Source of the DNA: a bacterium
GTDB lineage: Bacteria; JADJOY01
Reading direction: 5' to 3'
Assembly (NCBI GenBank): GCA_046331705.1
Contig: JAXLQJ010000012.1
Coordinates: 62,001-126,000, forward strand
DNA: 64,000 bases
Made by a program: the position numbers and the translations under genes. Positions 1-9,189 of the stretch are shown in pieces (position 1 is the stretch's first letter; every line of letters begins with the position of its first letter). The notes under the pieces were generated by a model. It was not told the DNA's origin. It made no database searches and saw nothing but the letters and a program-made list of their open reading frames with translations.

Positions 1-549
1 GGCCTGCGATTTCCCGATCGCCTCCGCGGCGGCCTTGAACGCGGCGTTTTGCTGCTCGACCTCGCGCGCCGAGGTGATGTCCTGCCACTCGAGCGTGCTG
101 CCGGCGTAGTTGCCGGCCGCGTCGAACACCGCGCTCACGTGCTGGCGGATGCGCAGCGGGCCGATGTTGATCTCGCCGACGTGGGGGAGGTTCTTGGGGT
201 CGCCGAGCAGCCGGCGCTGGCGCTCCGGGTTCGCGTGGAACGCGTCGATGCAGCTTCCCAGCACCCGATCGGCGGCGAAGCCCGGGTAGACCTTCTGGAG
301 GACGGGTTCGAGCCCGCGCAGGAGCTCGAGCGACGACTTGTTGACGAAGGTCACGACCAGATCGCGGTCGACTGCCATGATCGCGGTCTTGACCCCGTCG
401 AGCGCGGAACGCAGGCGAGCCACCTCGTGACTCCGTTCGTCCGCCTTCGCGGCGCGCGGCGCGCGGCGACTCGCGTCGTAAGCCGCGCTCGGCGTCTTGG
501 TCTTGGCCTTGGCCCTGGCGGCAGTCACGCGTCGTTTCGCGGTCGGCAT
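1..549 (-). CDS. Methyl-accepting chemotaxis protein, N-terminal PAS domain (Aer2/McpB-like), 3' part outside window
   Basis: Own translation from ATG 549 (GGAAGGAG upstream): ...LDGVKTAIMAVDRDLVVTFVN...CIDAFHANPERQRRLL...GSTLEWQDIT, typical of Aer2-type PAS domains; directly downstream of cheW; frame open to the window edge. Confidence 0.8.
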   Translation of the reverse strand, partial: MPTAKRRVTAARAKAKTKTPSAAYDASRRAPRAAKADERSHEVARLRSALDGVKTAIMAVDRDLVVTFVNKSSLELLRGLEPVLQKVYPGFAADRVLGSCIDAFHANPERQRRLLGDPKNLPHVGEINIGPLRIRQHVSAVFDAAGNYAGSTLEWQDITSAREVEQQNAAFKAAAEAIGKSQA

Positions 550-596
550 TTCGTGCTTCTCCTTCCGGCCCGCGCTCGCTTGGCGCGGGTCTGATG

Positions 597-1115
597 TCAG
601 TGGGTTTGGGCGTCCAATGAGATGAGCTCGCGCTCGTTCAGCAGCCGATCGATGTCGAGGAGGATGATCATCTTCTTGTCCACGGTCGCGAGGCCCTTGG
701 CGAACTGCGCGTCCAACGCGGTCCCGAAATCCGGTGTTTCCTTGATCTCGTTCTCGGGCAGGTTGTAGACGTCGGAGACCGCGTCCACGACCACGCCCAT
801 CACGCGGCTCTGCTCCCCGCGCTCGACCTTCACCACCACCACCACCGTGGTGCGGCCGTAGTCGGCGGAATCGAGCCCGAAGCGCTCGCGCAGGTCGATG
901 ATCGGCACGATGGTGCCGCGCAGGTTGATGACGCCCTTCACGAACGTGGGCGTGTTCGGGAGCCGGGTCGCGCGCTCCCAGCCGCGGATCTCCTGCACCC
1001 GCAGGATGTCCACGCCGTATTCCTCGCCGGCGAGGATGAAGGTGAGGTATTGGCCGCCGTTCTCCGGCGATCCGCTGATGGTTCGATCGATCTCGGTCGT
1101 TTGTGCGGTGTTCAT
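597..1115 (-). CDS. cheW: Chemotaxis coupling protein CheW
   Basis: QYLTFILAGEEYGVDILRVQEIRG, GVINLRGTIVPIIDLR, GVVVDAVSDV; start refined to MNTAQ. Confidence 0.95.
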   Translation of the reverse strand: MNTAQTTEIDRTISGSPENGGQYLTFILAGEEYGVDILRVQEIRGWERATRLPNTPTFVKGVINLRGTIVPIIDLRERFGLDSADYGRTTVVVVVKVERGEQSRVMGVVVDAVSDVYNLPENEIKETPDFGTALDAQFAKGLATVDKKMIILLDIDRLLNERELISLDAQTH

Positions 1116-1125
1116 GATGGGTTCC

Positions 1126-3249
1126 TCAGGCCGCGGCGGCCATCTCTCCACGAGCCTCGGGCTCGTAGCCAGAAGTGGTGGCACGATGTCGTGAGATTTG
1201 AACGAGACCGGCGATGTCGAGGATCAACGCCACGACGCCGTTCCCCAGGATCGTGGCGCCCGAGACCCCCTCGAGCCGCCGGAAATTGGTTTCCAGGCTC
1301 TTGATGACGACTTGCTGCTGACCCAAGAGCTCGTCGACCACCAGCCCGAGCTTCTGGCCGTCGTTCTCGACCACCACCGTGAGCTGGCCCGAGAGCGAGC
1401 GGTGGCCGCCCGCCAAGCCGAAGAGCTCGTGCAGGCGCAGCACCGGGATGATCTCGTTGCGCAGGCGATAGACCTCGGCGCGCCCGGCGATCGAGTTGAG
1501 CAGCGCGCCCTGGATCTGCAGCGACTCGACGATCGAGACCAGCGGGATGATGTAGGTCTCTTGACCGACGCGCACGAGCTGGCCGTCGAGGATCGCGAGC
1601 GTCAGGGGCAGGCGGATGGCGAACGTGGTGCCGACGCCGGCTTCGGAGCGCACCGACACCGTGCCGCCCAGGTCCTGGATGTTGCGTCGCACCACGTCCA
1701 TGCCGACGCCGCGGCCCGAGACGTCGCTCACTTCCTTCGCGGTGGAGAGCCCGGGCAGGAAGATCAAGTCGAAGATCTGCTCGTCCGGGACGTCGCCGTC
1801 ACCGCCGATGAAGCCCTTCTTGCGGGCGGACTCGAGGATCCGGGCACGGTCGAGCCCGGCGCCGTCGTCGCGCACCTCGATCACCACGCTGCTGCCCTGG
1901 TGGAACGCGTTGAGGTGCACCACGCCGACCTCGGGCTTGCCGGCAGCGCGACGTTGCTCGGGCGGCTCCACGCCGTGGTCGATCGAGTTGCGGATCAGGT
2001 GCACCAGCGGATCGGCGATCTTCTCGAGCACGGTCTTGTCGAGCTCGGTGTTCTCGCCGCTGGTCCGCATCTCGATCTGCTTGCCGAGCTGGCGGCCGAG
2101 ATCGCGCACCAGGCGGGTGAAGCGATTGAACGTGCTGCCGATCGGCAGCATGCGGATGCGCATCACGCTGTCTTGAAGCTCGCGGGTGTTGCGCGCGAGC
2201 TGGGCGAGGCCCTGGCGCAACGCCTCGAGGCGGCTCAGGTCGAAGTCGTGGTCGATCTCGCCGAGCATCGACTGGGTGATGACGAGCTCGCCCACCATGT
2301 TGATGAGCGCGTCGACCTTCTCGATGCTGACGCGGATCGACGACGCCTCCGAGCTCACGGCGACCGCGCCGCTCGCGCGGCCGACCTTGTCGGGCGTGAG
2401 CGCCGCGGACGGCGCCGGGCTGGCGCCGCTGGTGGCGGGCACCGCCGTCGCGCTCGCCGCGTTCGCGACGGCGGTCGCTTGCTCCGCGTCGTCGCGCACG
2501 ACCTCCGCCGCGCCGATCTCGGTGATCGCGAGGTCGCAGTCGTCGTCCACCCACGCGAAGGCCTCGCGGATCGCGGACTCCTCGACGGCGCCCACGAGCC
2601 GCAGGTTCCACGCGAGGTAGCAGTCCTCGGGAGCGAGCTCGACGAGGCTCGGCAACGCGCTGGTGTCGCATTCCGCGCTGAGCTCGCCCAGCGACTCGAG
2701 CTCGCGCAGGATGCGCGCGGGCTCGTTGCCGGTGCGCAGCAGGTGGCGGTGCGGTCGAAAGACGATGTCGAAGCGACGCGTGGCGCCGGGCGTGCTCGCG
2801 TCGTCCGCGGACGGTGCGACGGGGGCCGCCGCCGGCGCATCTCGTTCGGGACACGATGCCAGCGCCGCCTTGAGCTCGGTTTCCAGATCGGCGATCAGCG
2901 CCGTGTCCGTGGCGGTGCCGTGGCGGGCGGCGTCGAGCATGCCGCGCAGGCCGTCCACGCACCGCAGCAGCAGATCGACCTCGCTCTGAGTGGCGGCCCG
3001 CTGACCGGCTCGATAGAGATCGAGCAAGGTCTCGACGTGGTGCGTGAAGTTGGTGACCTCGCCGAAGCCGAACGCACCCGCCGCGCCCTTGATCGAATGC
3101 GCGGCGCGAAAGATCGGGTGGATGCGCTCGCCGTCGGGGTCGTCCGCGAGGCCGAGCAAGCCGGACTCGAGGGTCTCCAGCCCTTCGCGCGCTTCCTCGA
3201 AGAATGCGTCGATCAGCTCTGCCGAGATGCGGTTCGACTTGGTCGCCAC
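1126..3249 (-). CDS. cheA: Chemotaxis histidine kinase CheA
   Basis: Hpt FRAAHSIKG, HLIRNSIDHG, SGRGVGMDVV, C-terminal CheW-like domain. Confidence 0.97.
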   Translation of the reverse strand: MATKSNRISAELIDAFFEEAREGLETLESGLLGLADDPDGERIHPIFRAAHSIKGAAGAFGFGEVTNFTHHVETLLDLYRAGQRAATQSEVDLLLRCVDGLRGMLDAARHGTATDTALIADLETELKAALASCPERDAPAAAPVAPSADDASTPGATRRFDIVFRPHRHLLRTGNEPARILRELESLGELSAECDTSALPSLVELAPEDCYLAWNLRLVGAVEESAIREAFAWVDDDCDLAITEIGAAEVVRDDAEQATAVANAASATAVPATSGASPAPSAALTPDKVGRASGAVAVSSEASSIRVSIEKVDALINMVGELVITQSMLGEIDHDFDLSRLEALRQGLAQLARNTRELQDSVMRIRMLPIGSTFNRFTRLVRDLGRQLGKQIEMRTSGENTELDKTVLEKIADPLVHLIRNSIDHGVEPPEQRRAAGKPEVGVVHLNAFHQGSSVVIEVRDDGAGLDRARILESARKKGFIGGDGDVPDEQIFDLIFLPGLSTAKEVSDVSGRGVGMDVVRRNIQDLGGTVSVRSEAGVGTTFAIRLPLTLAILDGQLVRVGQETYIIPLVSIVESLQIQGALLNSIAGRAEVYRLRNEIIPVLRLHELFGLAGGHRSLSGQLTVVVENDGQKLGLVVDELLGQQQVVIKSLETNFRRLEGVSGATILGNGVVALILDIAGLVQISRHRATTSGYEPEARGEMAAAA

Positions 3250-3253
3250 GGTG

Positions 3254-3616
3254 TCACCCGATGACCTTGCGGATGGTTGCGAGAAGCGTGTCCGGGTCGA
3301 ACGGCTTCACGATCCAGCCCGTCGCGCCGGAGGCCTTGGCTTGCTGCTTCTTGTTGGGGTCCATTTCGGTCGTGAGGACCAAGATGGGCGTGAATTTGTA
3401 GGTCGCGAGCCCGCGCAGCTTTCCGATCAGCTCGAGCCCGTTCATGTTCGGCATGTTCACGTCGGTGATGACGAGCTGGACCGAACGGCCCTGCGCCACC
3501 CTCAGCGCCGCGACACCGTCCTCCGCTTCGAGCACCTGATGCCCGGCGGACGTGAGGGTCGAGGCCACCAGCTTTCGCATCGAAGGCGAATCATCCACGG
3601 CGAGGATGCTTGCCAT
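3254..3616 (-). CDS. cheY: Chemotaxis response regulator CheY
   Basis: Single receiver domain: ILAVDDS, ITDVNMPNMNG, LTTE, GWIVKPF. Confidence 0.93.
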   Translation of the reverse strand: MASILAVDDSPSMRKLVASTLTSAGHQVLEAEDGVAALRVAQGRSVQLVITDVNMPNMNGLELIGKLRGLATYKFTPILVLTTEMDPNKKQQAKASGATGWIVKPFDPDTLLATIRKVIG

Positions 3617-3650
3617 CAGAATCTCCTTGCCTACGTCCGGTGAACGAAGA

Positions 3651-3917
3651 TCAGGTGAGAGCCAAGCGAGCCGTCAGCCCGAGCCGCGCCACGCTGGCGC
3701 GCGCGGCCGGTCCGACCTCGCTCCACCGCACGCTCGAGCCCTTTGCACCCATGTCCGCCAGGAAGGCCAGCAGCACCTGCGCGCCGGCGGTGTCGATGCG
3801 TTCGACCGCCGCGCAGTCGAGGGTCACCGAATCCCCTCCCGCGAGCGCCGCGAGCAGCTGCTCGCGAAGCGAGGACGCGCAATCCAGGTCGACGAGCGCG
3901 GGCAGCGTGACGTCCAT
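3651..3917 (-). CDS. STAS domain protein
   Basis: MDVTLP...VTLDCAAVERIDTAGAQVL; first gene of the che operon; start refined to ATG 3917. Confidence 0.85.
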   Translation of the reverse strand: MDVTLPALVDLDCASSLREQLLAALAGGDSVTLDCAAVERIDTAGAQVLLAFLADMGAKGSSVRWSEVGPAARASVARLGLTARLALT

Positions 3918-4030
3918 GGTGAGCGTCCTCGGGCCGGAATCTGAGCGCCGGGCAAATGGGTTTGGGGTGGGCGATCCGGTGCCGAGCTGACGGGCGATAC
4001 GACCCACGCCCGTTCGGCGGTAGCCCTCCG

Positions 4031-4046
4031 AGCAAGGGCCGTGCCG
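4031..4046 (-). promoter_or_regulatory. Sigma54 (-24/-12) promoter of the che operon
   Basis: Minus strand CGGCACGGCCCTTGCT matches TGGCACG-N4-TTGC with GG-N10-GC spacing, about 115 nt upstream of the STAS start. Confidence 0.7.
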
Positions 4047-4363
4047 CCGGCAGTCGGGGGCGAGCTCATCGTCGCTAGTCCTCGATTCTGCGGTTTTTTG
4101 GGGGTGATCGAGGGGGGCTCGCCGAGAACGCGGCCACCCGGGCAGAACGACCTCCCGGCCAGACCAAGCTGCCCGGGCTGGGCAAGAACTGCAGGGATCA
4201 CCTGCCCGGTGCCCGGGCTTGGTGACCGCGCCGCCGACCACCCGATTCACGAGCCGAGGTGCGCCTGGGGAGGTGCAGCTCTGGGGAACCGTGACGTAGG
4301 TGACGGTCTGGTGCGCCGCCGTGTGCGACAAGCGCCGTTTGCGCCCGTTTACGCACCCGACCC

Positions 4364-4729
4364 GTGCCGCTTCGCTATACGATCGATCCCGAACGCAGGC
4401 TCGTCGTCACGTCGTACGAGGGGACCGTGACGGATGCCGACCTGCTCGATCATCAACGCGCCATTCTGAGAGATCCGGATTTTTGCCCGGATTATCACCA
4501 GCTCTCCGATGCTCGCGGCACCACGCGGCTGCTCGTGACGGGCGACGGGATCCGGGCGCTCGCGGAGACCAACGTGTTCTCGGCGCTTTCGCGCCGCGCG
4601 ATCGTCGTGGTGGGCACCGCCCAGTTCGGGCTGGCCCGCATGTTCCAGACGCTGAGGGAGCGCGGTCCCGAGCGGATCGAGATCTTCACGGACTACGACG
4701 AGGCGGTGCGGTGGCTCGCGGCGGGCTGA
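4364..4729 (+). CDS. SpoIIAA-like / STAS-SEC14-type small protein
   Basis: YTIDPERRLV...GTVT...RAIVV...FGLARMF...IFTDYDEAVRWL pattern. Confidence 0.65.
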   Translation: MPLRYTIDPERRLVVTSYEGTVTDADLLDHQRAILRDPDFCPDYHQLSDARGTTRLLVTGDGIRALAETNVFSALSRRAIVVVGTAQFGLARMFQTLRERGPERIEIFTDYDEAVRWLAAG

Positions 4730-4765
4730 TCGGGCCAGCGCGAGCCTGACCCGAGGCTGCCACCG

Positions 4766-6805
4766 TCAGCGCGGCGCGCGTGGCGCGACGTCTCGATCCA
4801 GGTCGTCGGCGAGAAGCTGGTCGAGGCTCGCGCCGCCGCGCACGGCGAGCCGGGACCGAAAATCCGTCATCGCCTTGCGCACCCGCAACACCTTGCCGTT
4901 GACGAGATTGGCCACGGTGATCGCGGTGTCCTCGGTGAGGGTGTTGCTCGGCAGCATGCGGCGCAGCGCATCCACGTCGATCAGGTCGCGAACGCGAAGG
5001 CTCGCGAGCGAGTCGAGAAAGCGCTTGGCGGCGACGCGCTCGTGCTTGGGGATGCGGGCCAGCACCGCGTTCGGATGGTCTTGGTATTCGTCGGCGATCT
5101 CGGCGAGGCCGTCGCGCAAGAGGTCGAGCGCTTCGTCGGCGAGCTGATTCGCGAAGAAGCGGAACACGTCGTTGGCCGTGACGGGCTCGAGCCCGCGCGC
5201 GGTGTGGTCCTTCCAGTCGGTCACCAGCAGCACGTCGACCTCGGAGAGCAGGAACCCGAAGTCGTCGTCGTGGGCGAGGTCGCGAATCAGGTCGTTGATC
5301 TCGGCGGCGCCCATCTCGCGAGTGAAGGCCCGCGGCACGGTCGTGAGCCCCGTGATCACGTCGTCGAGGCTCGCGTCGCCGAAGATCGGCGACCCGAAGG
5401 CATCCGCCACCGCGTCGCGCACCGGTGCCAGGGCACGGGCGACGGCGGCGGCGCTGCGGGCGCCGCTCGGATCGGCGAGCAGTCGATCGAGGCTCGCTTC
5501 CGCGTCGGCGAGCGATCGTCGAGCACGGCGCAGCGCCCGTGCGGCGTCGGGGAGCGCGCCCTCGAGCCGGGCCGCCGCGCGATCGAGGACGGCGGCGAGG
5601 TCGTGCAGCGCGCCCGCGCTGCGGGTCACGAGCTCCGTCGCCTGGGCGGCGGACGCGGGCGAGCCGCTCGCGAGGGCATCGAGCGCGTGGTCGAGGCGCT
5701 CGACCATCCGGCGCGCGGAATCCCGCACGCGCGTGGCGGAGTCGAGGAAGCGCTGCTCGTCGGCGTCGAAGGCGTAGCGCGCCGGGCGATTCTCGATCTC
5801 CCCCTGCTCGATGCGGTAGCCGAGCGCCGCGCGCGCACGGTCGCCGAAGCCGAGCTCGAGGGTCAACCAGGTCTCGAGGACGTTCTCCTCCACGGTGCCG
5901 AAGCGGTCGGTGCCGACTCGCACCCGCGCACCGGGCGTGATCGTCACGTGGTCGTCGAGGAAGCGCACGGCGGTGAGGTTCGCCCACGCGAGATGCGCGT
6001 CGGCGATGCGTCGCTCCACCGTGCCGCCGTAGGCGCGGGTGAGGGTGAGGTCGCCCCCCAGCGCGAGCCCGCTGCGGGTGGTCAGCGCGATCTCGAGGCC
6101 GAGCTCGCTGGTGGTGCTGCCGATCGCGCCGTGCAGCCGGAGCGTGGTCGCGAGCGAGGCGTCTTCCGCGCCGAGGCGAAGGCCGCCATCCCCGGCGAGC
6201 CACGGCTCGGGAACGGCCAGCAAGGTCACATCCGTGGTCGCGAGGCTGTAGTCGGCGTCGGGAAGGCGCACCGTCGGTGCCAGGTGCGTGAAGAGCGCGA
6301 CATCCGTCGTCGGCGCGAGCGTCGCGCCGAGCGCCGCGCCGAGCGAGAGCTGCGGGAAGACGTGCTCGACGTCGATGCGCGCGCCATAGCGCGCGGCGAG
6401 GCGCAGCGGGCCCAGCGGGGTGACGGAGTCGACCGGCTCGCCGAGCGGCGCCGTGACGTAGGCCGACAGGAACGAACGCAGCGCCGAGTCGCGGCTCTCG
6501 TCGTCGATGTACGGCTCCCCGTCGATCCAGAAGAGCGATGCGGCGACGCCCCAGCGGGTACGGCCGTCGTCGCGTTCGAGGGCGAGCGAGCCGAAGGGCG
6601 CGAAGAAGATCTCGTCGCCGCGGTAATGGCCAGCGGTGAGCGAGAGATCGGGAAGCAAGGCGTAGCGCACGGCCTGGGTGCGATCGTCCAGCACGATCTC
6701 CCAGGGTGGCGGCTGGTCGCCAGCGGCGGCCGCCGCCGTCGCCCACAGCGCGCAGCCACATCCTGTGACACGCCAAACGTGGCGCCACGAGGGGGCGCGT
6801 GACAC
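4766..6805 (-). CDS. Hypothetical exported protein: beta-strand-rich N-half, helical C-half
   Basis: 679-aa ORF with protein-like composition; signal-peptide-like N-terminus (ALWATAAAAAG); alternating hydrophobic strands; no family recognised. Confidence 0.6.
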   Translation of the reverse strand: MSRAPSWRHVWRVTGCGCALWATAAAAAGDQPPPWEIVLDDRTQAVRYALLPDLSLTAGHYRGDEIFFAPFGSLALERDDGRTRWGVAASLFWIDGEPYIDDESRDSALRSFLSAYVTAPLGEPVDSVTPLGPLRLAARYGARIDVEHVFPQLSLGAALGATLAPTTDVALFTHLAPTVRLPDADYSLATTDVTLLAVPEPWLAGDGGLRLGAEDASLATTLRLHGAIGSTTSELGLEIALTTRSGLALGGDLTLTRAYGGTVERRIADAHLAWANLTAVRFLDDHVTITPGARVRVGTDRFGTVEENVLETWLTLELGFGDRARAALGYRIEQGEIENRPARYAFDADEQRFLDSATRVRDSARRMVERLDHALDALASGSPASAAQATELVTRSAGALHDLAAVLDRAAARLEGALPDAARALRRARRSLADAEASLDRLLADPSGARSAAAVARALAPVRDAVADAFGSPIFGDASLDDVITGLTTVPRAFTREMGAAEINDLIRDLAHDDDFGFLLSEVDVLLVTDWKDHTARGLEPVTANDVFRFFANQLADEALDLLRDGLAEIADEYQDHPNAVLARIPKHERVAAKRFLDSLASLRVRDLIDVDALRRMLPSNTLTEDTAITVANLVNGKVLRVRKAMTDFRSRLAVRGGASLDQLLADDLDRDVAPRAPR

Positions 6806-6836
6806 GGGGGCCTCGGTCGAACGCGAGCGGACGCGT

Positions 6837-7205
6837 TCAGCCGTCGATCGCCGCGACCGAGTTGCCGCCGGGAAAGCGGGGAAGGGTGCTGAGCGAGCGC
6901 GGATCGAGCGCGGGGCGGGGATCGTCGGTGGGCGGCAGATAGAGCTCGACCGCCCAGCCGTGGGCGTTCTCGGGCACGGAGTCGAGGGCCTGCAGCAGGG
7001 CGTCGAGGACGCGATCCTCGCCGCCGGGCTCGGAGCTCACGCAGTAACCGACGACGCGTGCGTACGGCCAGGCGCTCCACCACAGATCGAGGAGCAAGCC
7101 CGTGGGGCCGTGCTCCACCACCAGCTCCCACAGCCCGCGCTCGGAGAAGAGCTTGCGACGCGTGCCGGGCGCATGCCGATGTCGGCGCGCTTCTCGGAAT
7201 TGCAT
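6837..7205 (-). CDS. Hypothetical protein
   Basis: 122-aa ORF with GGAGG upstream, co-oriented with and 31 nt upstream of 4766-6805. Confidence 0.55.
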   Translation of the reverse strand: MQFREARRHRHAPGTRRKLFSERGLWELVVEHGPTGLLLDLWWSAWPYARVVGYCVSSEPGGEDRVLDALLQALDSVPENAHGWAVELYLPPTDDPRPALDPRSLSTLPRFPGGNSVAAIDG

Positions 7206-7263
7206 GGTTGCCTCCGGATGACGGCGTGCGCCCCCGTCGTCGCCGTCCTCGTCGTCGCGGATG

Positions 7264-7314
7264 ATGCTAAATCAATATCACGGCTATTGCAAATACGAAT
7301 CAACGTGTTATCGT
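7264..7314. promoter_or_regulatory. Back-to-back sigma70-type promoters sharing a palindromic -35
   Basis: AT-rich island. Plus strand: TTGCAA (7287-7292)-N16-TATCGT (7309-7314) with TG extension. Minus strand: TTGCAA-N17-TAGCAT (7269-7264). Confidence 0.55.
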
Positions 7315-7497
7315 TGGGTCATGCGCCGACCGCCCGCGACACCCGCCACGGTTCGAAGCCGCGCTCGTGGATGCCCGGGAGACCCAGCCATGGTGGCTGG
7401 ATGCACCCCTTGCGCGGATTCGTGCCCCCGTGACGGGTCCGCGGGCGGTGGGCCATCCTTTCCTCGGCTGCCGCGTCCAACGCGGCGCTGAGACGCC

Positions 7498-9189
7498 ATG
7501 AAGTCGCGTGAGCTGAGCGTTCGCATCGGCGTGCTGTTGCGCGAGCTGCGGAAGGATCGCGGCCTCTCCCAGCGCGCCGCGGCCGAGCGCGTCGGCTGGC
7601 CCCAGCCCAAGCTCTCGCTGCTGGAGCAAGGCCGCCTCGATTTCGGCGCCCTCGAGCTGGTGGTGGGGCTCGCGGACGAGCTGGGTGTCGCGCCCGCCGA
7701 GGTGCTGGCGACGGCGCTCGGAGAAGCCGGACCCGACGCACGGCCCGGTGCGGACCGGGCATGGTTGCTGTCGGCGTCGCGGTTGCTGACCGTCCTCACG
7801 GAGGGCGGAAAGGCGCTGGTGCTCGATCGGGTGTCGCCCTTCCAGGCGCTCGGCGCCGACGCGCCGCCCGCGCGATGGGTGATGGCGCTGGTGCGCGCCC
7901 GCGCGTTCGGCGCCGTGCCGAGCGGCGCGCATGCGAGCGGGTGGATCCTGCCGTTCGCGCCGAGCCTGATCCGGCTCGGTTGCGAGGAGCTCGAACGCGC
8001 GCCCGAGGCGAGCGCGCTGACCGCCGAAGCGCGCGCCGCGATCGGTCGCGAGGCGCAGCGTTTCGCGCTGGCCCACGATCTCGCGGCACGTCCCGCCGAG
8101 GCGCTGGCGCTCGCGGATGCCCTGGCCGCCGAGTACCCGATGCCCGAGATCGAGTACCTGCGCGGTGTGCTGCACCATCAGCTCGGTGCCACGCCGCTGG
8201 TGGTCAAGGGCTGCGTGCAACGCGCGCTCGATCGCTTGGACGAGCGGCCGCCCACCGACTTGCGCGCCGACCTCGTCGTGGCGGGGTTGCTCGCGCAGCT
8301 CGAGGTCGCCGCCGATGCGGCGGAGCACGCTCACGACACCACCACGCCCGCGTCGGAGCGCCGCATCGATCGGGCCATCCGGCTCCTGGATGCGGCGGGC
8401 TTCGCGCAGGGCCGGGTTCACCTGGAGGTGCGCCGTGCGGTCGCGGATCACGAGCGTTTGCGCGTTGCCCGCACGCCGGCGTCGCGCGCGACACCCGCCG
8501 TCTTAGCGCCGGATGCGACCTGGATCGCCGAGTGGCACGCGGTCGCCGCGGTGCTGGCGCGCGCACGCGCCGAGTACCAAGCGCTCGGCGTGGCGATGGG
8601 GACGGCGTACGTCGAAGACTGGCTGGCGCGGCACCACGAGCTCGCCGGCGAATACGAGCGCGCGCTCGACTGGGTGGCGAGCGCCGCCCACCGCTATCGC
8701 GATCTCGGTCAACGTCGCTGGGAATGCTCGGCCGAGATCCGCGCCGCGCATTACCGAGCGGCGCTCGCGTTCGCCGTGCTCGGCGTCCACGACGATGCCG
8801 CGGTGACCGGCCGCCGCCTCGCGGGCGCGGCGGGAGATCGCGCCGTGGCCCTTCTCGACGAGACCCAGGCGAGCGTCGAGGCGCAGCTCGCCAGCGGCGA
8901 CGTCACGCCCTACGAACGCCCGCTTCTCGAGATCCATCGCGCGCTCGCCGCGGGGCGGCTTGCGGGGTTTCTCGCGCTGCGGCGCGGGGAGCGCGGACGC
9001 ATCGACGCGCTCGCCCGTGGCTACCGCGCGGCGAAGGACGCCGCGCTGGCGCAGCTCGACGACGAGGTCGACGCCACCGAGGCGACCCGGCGCGACGCGC
9101 TCGCGTCGTTTCGCGCCCTCGAGCGCGCGCATCCGCTGCTCCGCGGTGGATCGAGGACAGGAGCGAGGACCGGCCGTGACACGCACTGA
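7498..9189 (+). CDS. XRE-family HTH regulator with long helical (TPR-like) C-terminal region
   Basis: [32 protein letters not shown] Cro/C1 HTH followed by about 490 aa of Ala/Leu/Arg-rich helical sequence. Confidence 0.75.
   Translation: MKSRELSVRIGVLLRELRKDRGLSQRAAAERVGWPQPKLSLLEQGRLDFGALELVVGLADELGVAPAEVLATALGEAGPDARPGADRAWLLSASRLLTVLTEGGKALVLDRVSPFQALGADAPPARWVMALVRARAFGAVPSGAHASGWILPFAPSLIRLGCEELERAPEASALTAEARAAIGREAQRFALAHDLAARPAEALALADALAAEYPMPEIEYLRGVLHHQLGATPLVVKGCVQRALDRLDERPPTDLRADLVVAGLLAQLEVAADAAEHAHDTTTPASERRIDRAIRLLDAAGFAQGRVHLEVRRAVADHERLRVARTPASRATPAVLAPDATWIAEWHAVAAVLARARAEYQALGVAMGTAYVEDWLARHHELAGEYERALDWVASAAHRYRDLGQRRWECSAEIRAAHYRAALAFAVLGVHDDAAVTGRRLAGAAGDRAVALLDETQASVEAQLASGDVTPYERPLLEIHRALAAGRLAGFLALRRGERGRIDALARGYRAAKDAALAQLDDEVDATEATRRDALASFRALERAHPLLRGGSRTGARTGRDTH

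Noticed and set aside
1250-1275. GVSGAT, resembling an ApbE flavinylation motif
   Set aside because: It is the conserved SGATILG segment of the cytoplasmic CheA C-terminal domain
1198-3264. Long antisense/alternative-frame ORFs (also 48672-51293, 56725-59889, 60733-63879 and many others)
   Set aside because: Shadow ORFs expected from high-GC codon bias opposite clearly recognisable genes; Arg/Ala/Pro-rich with no motifs
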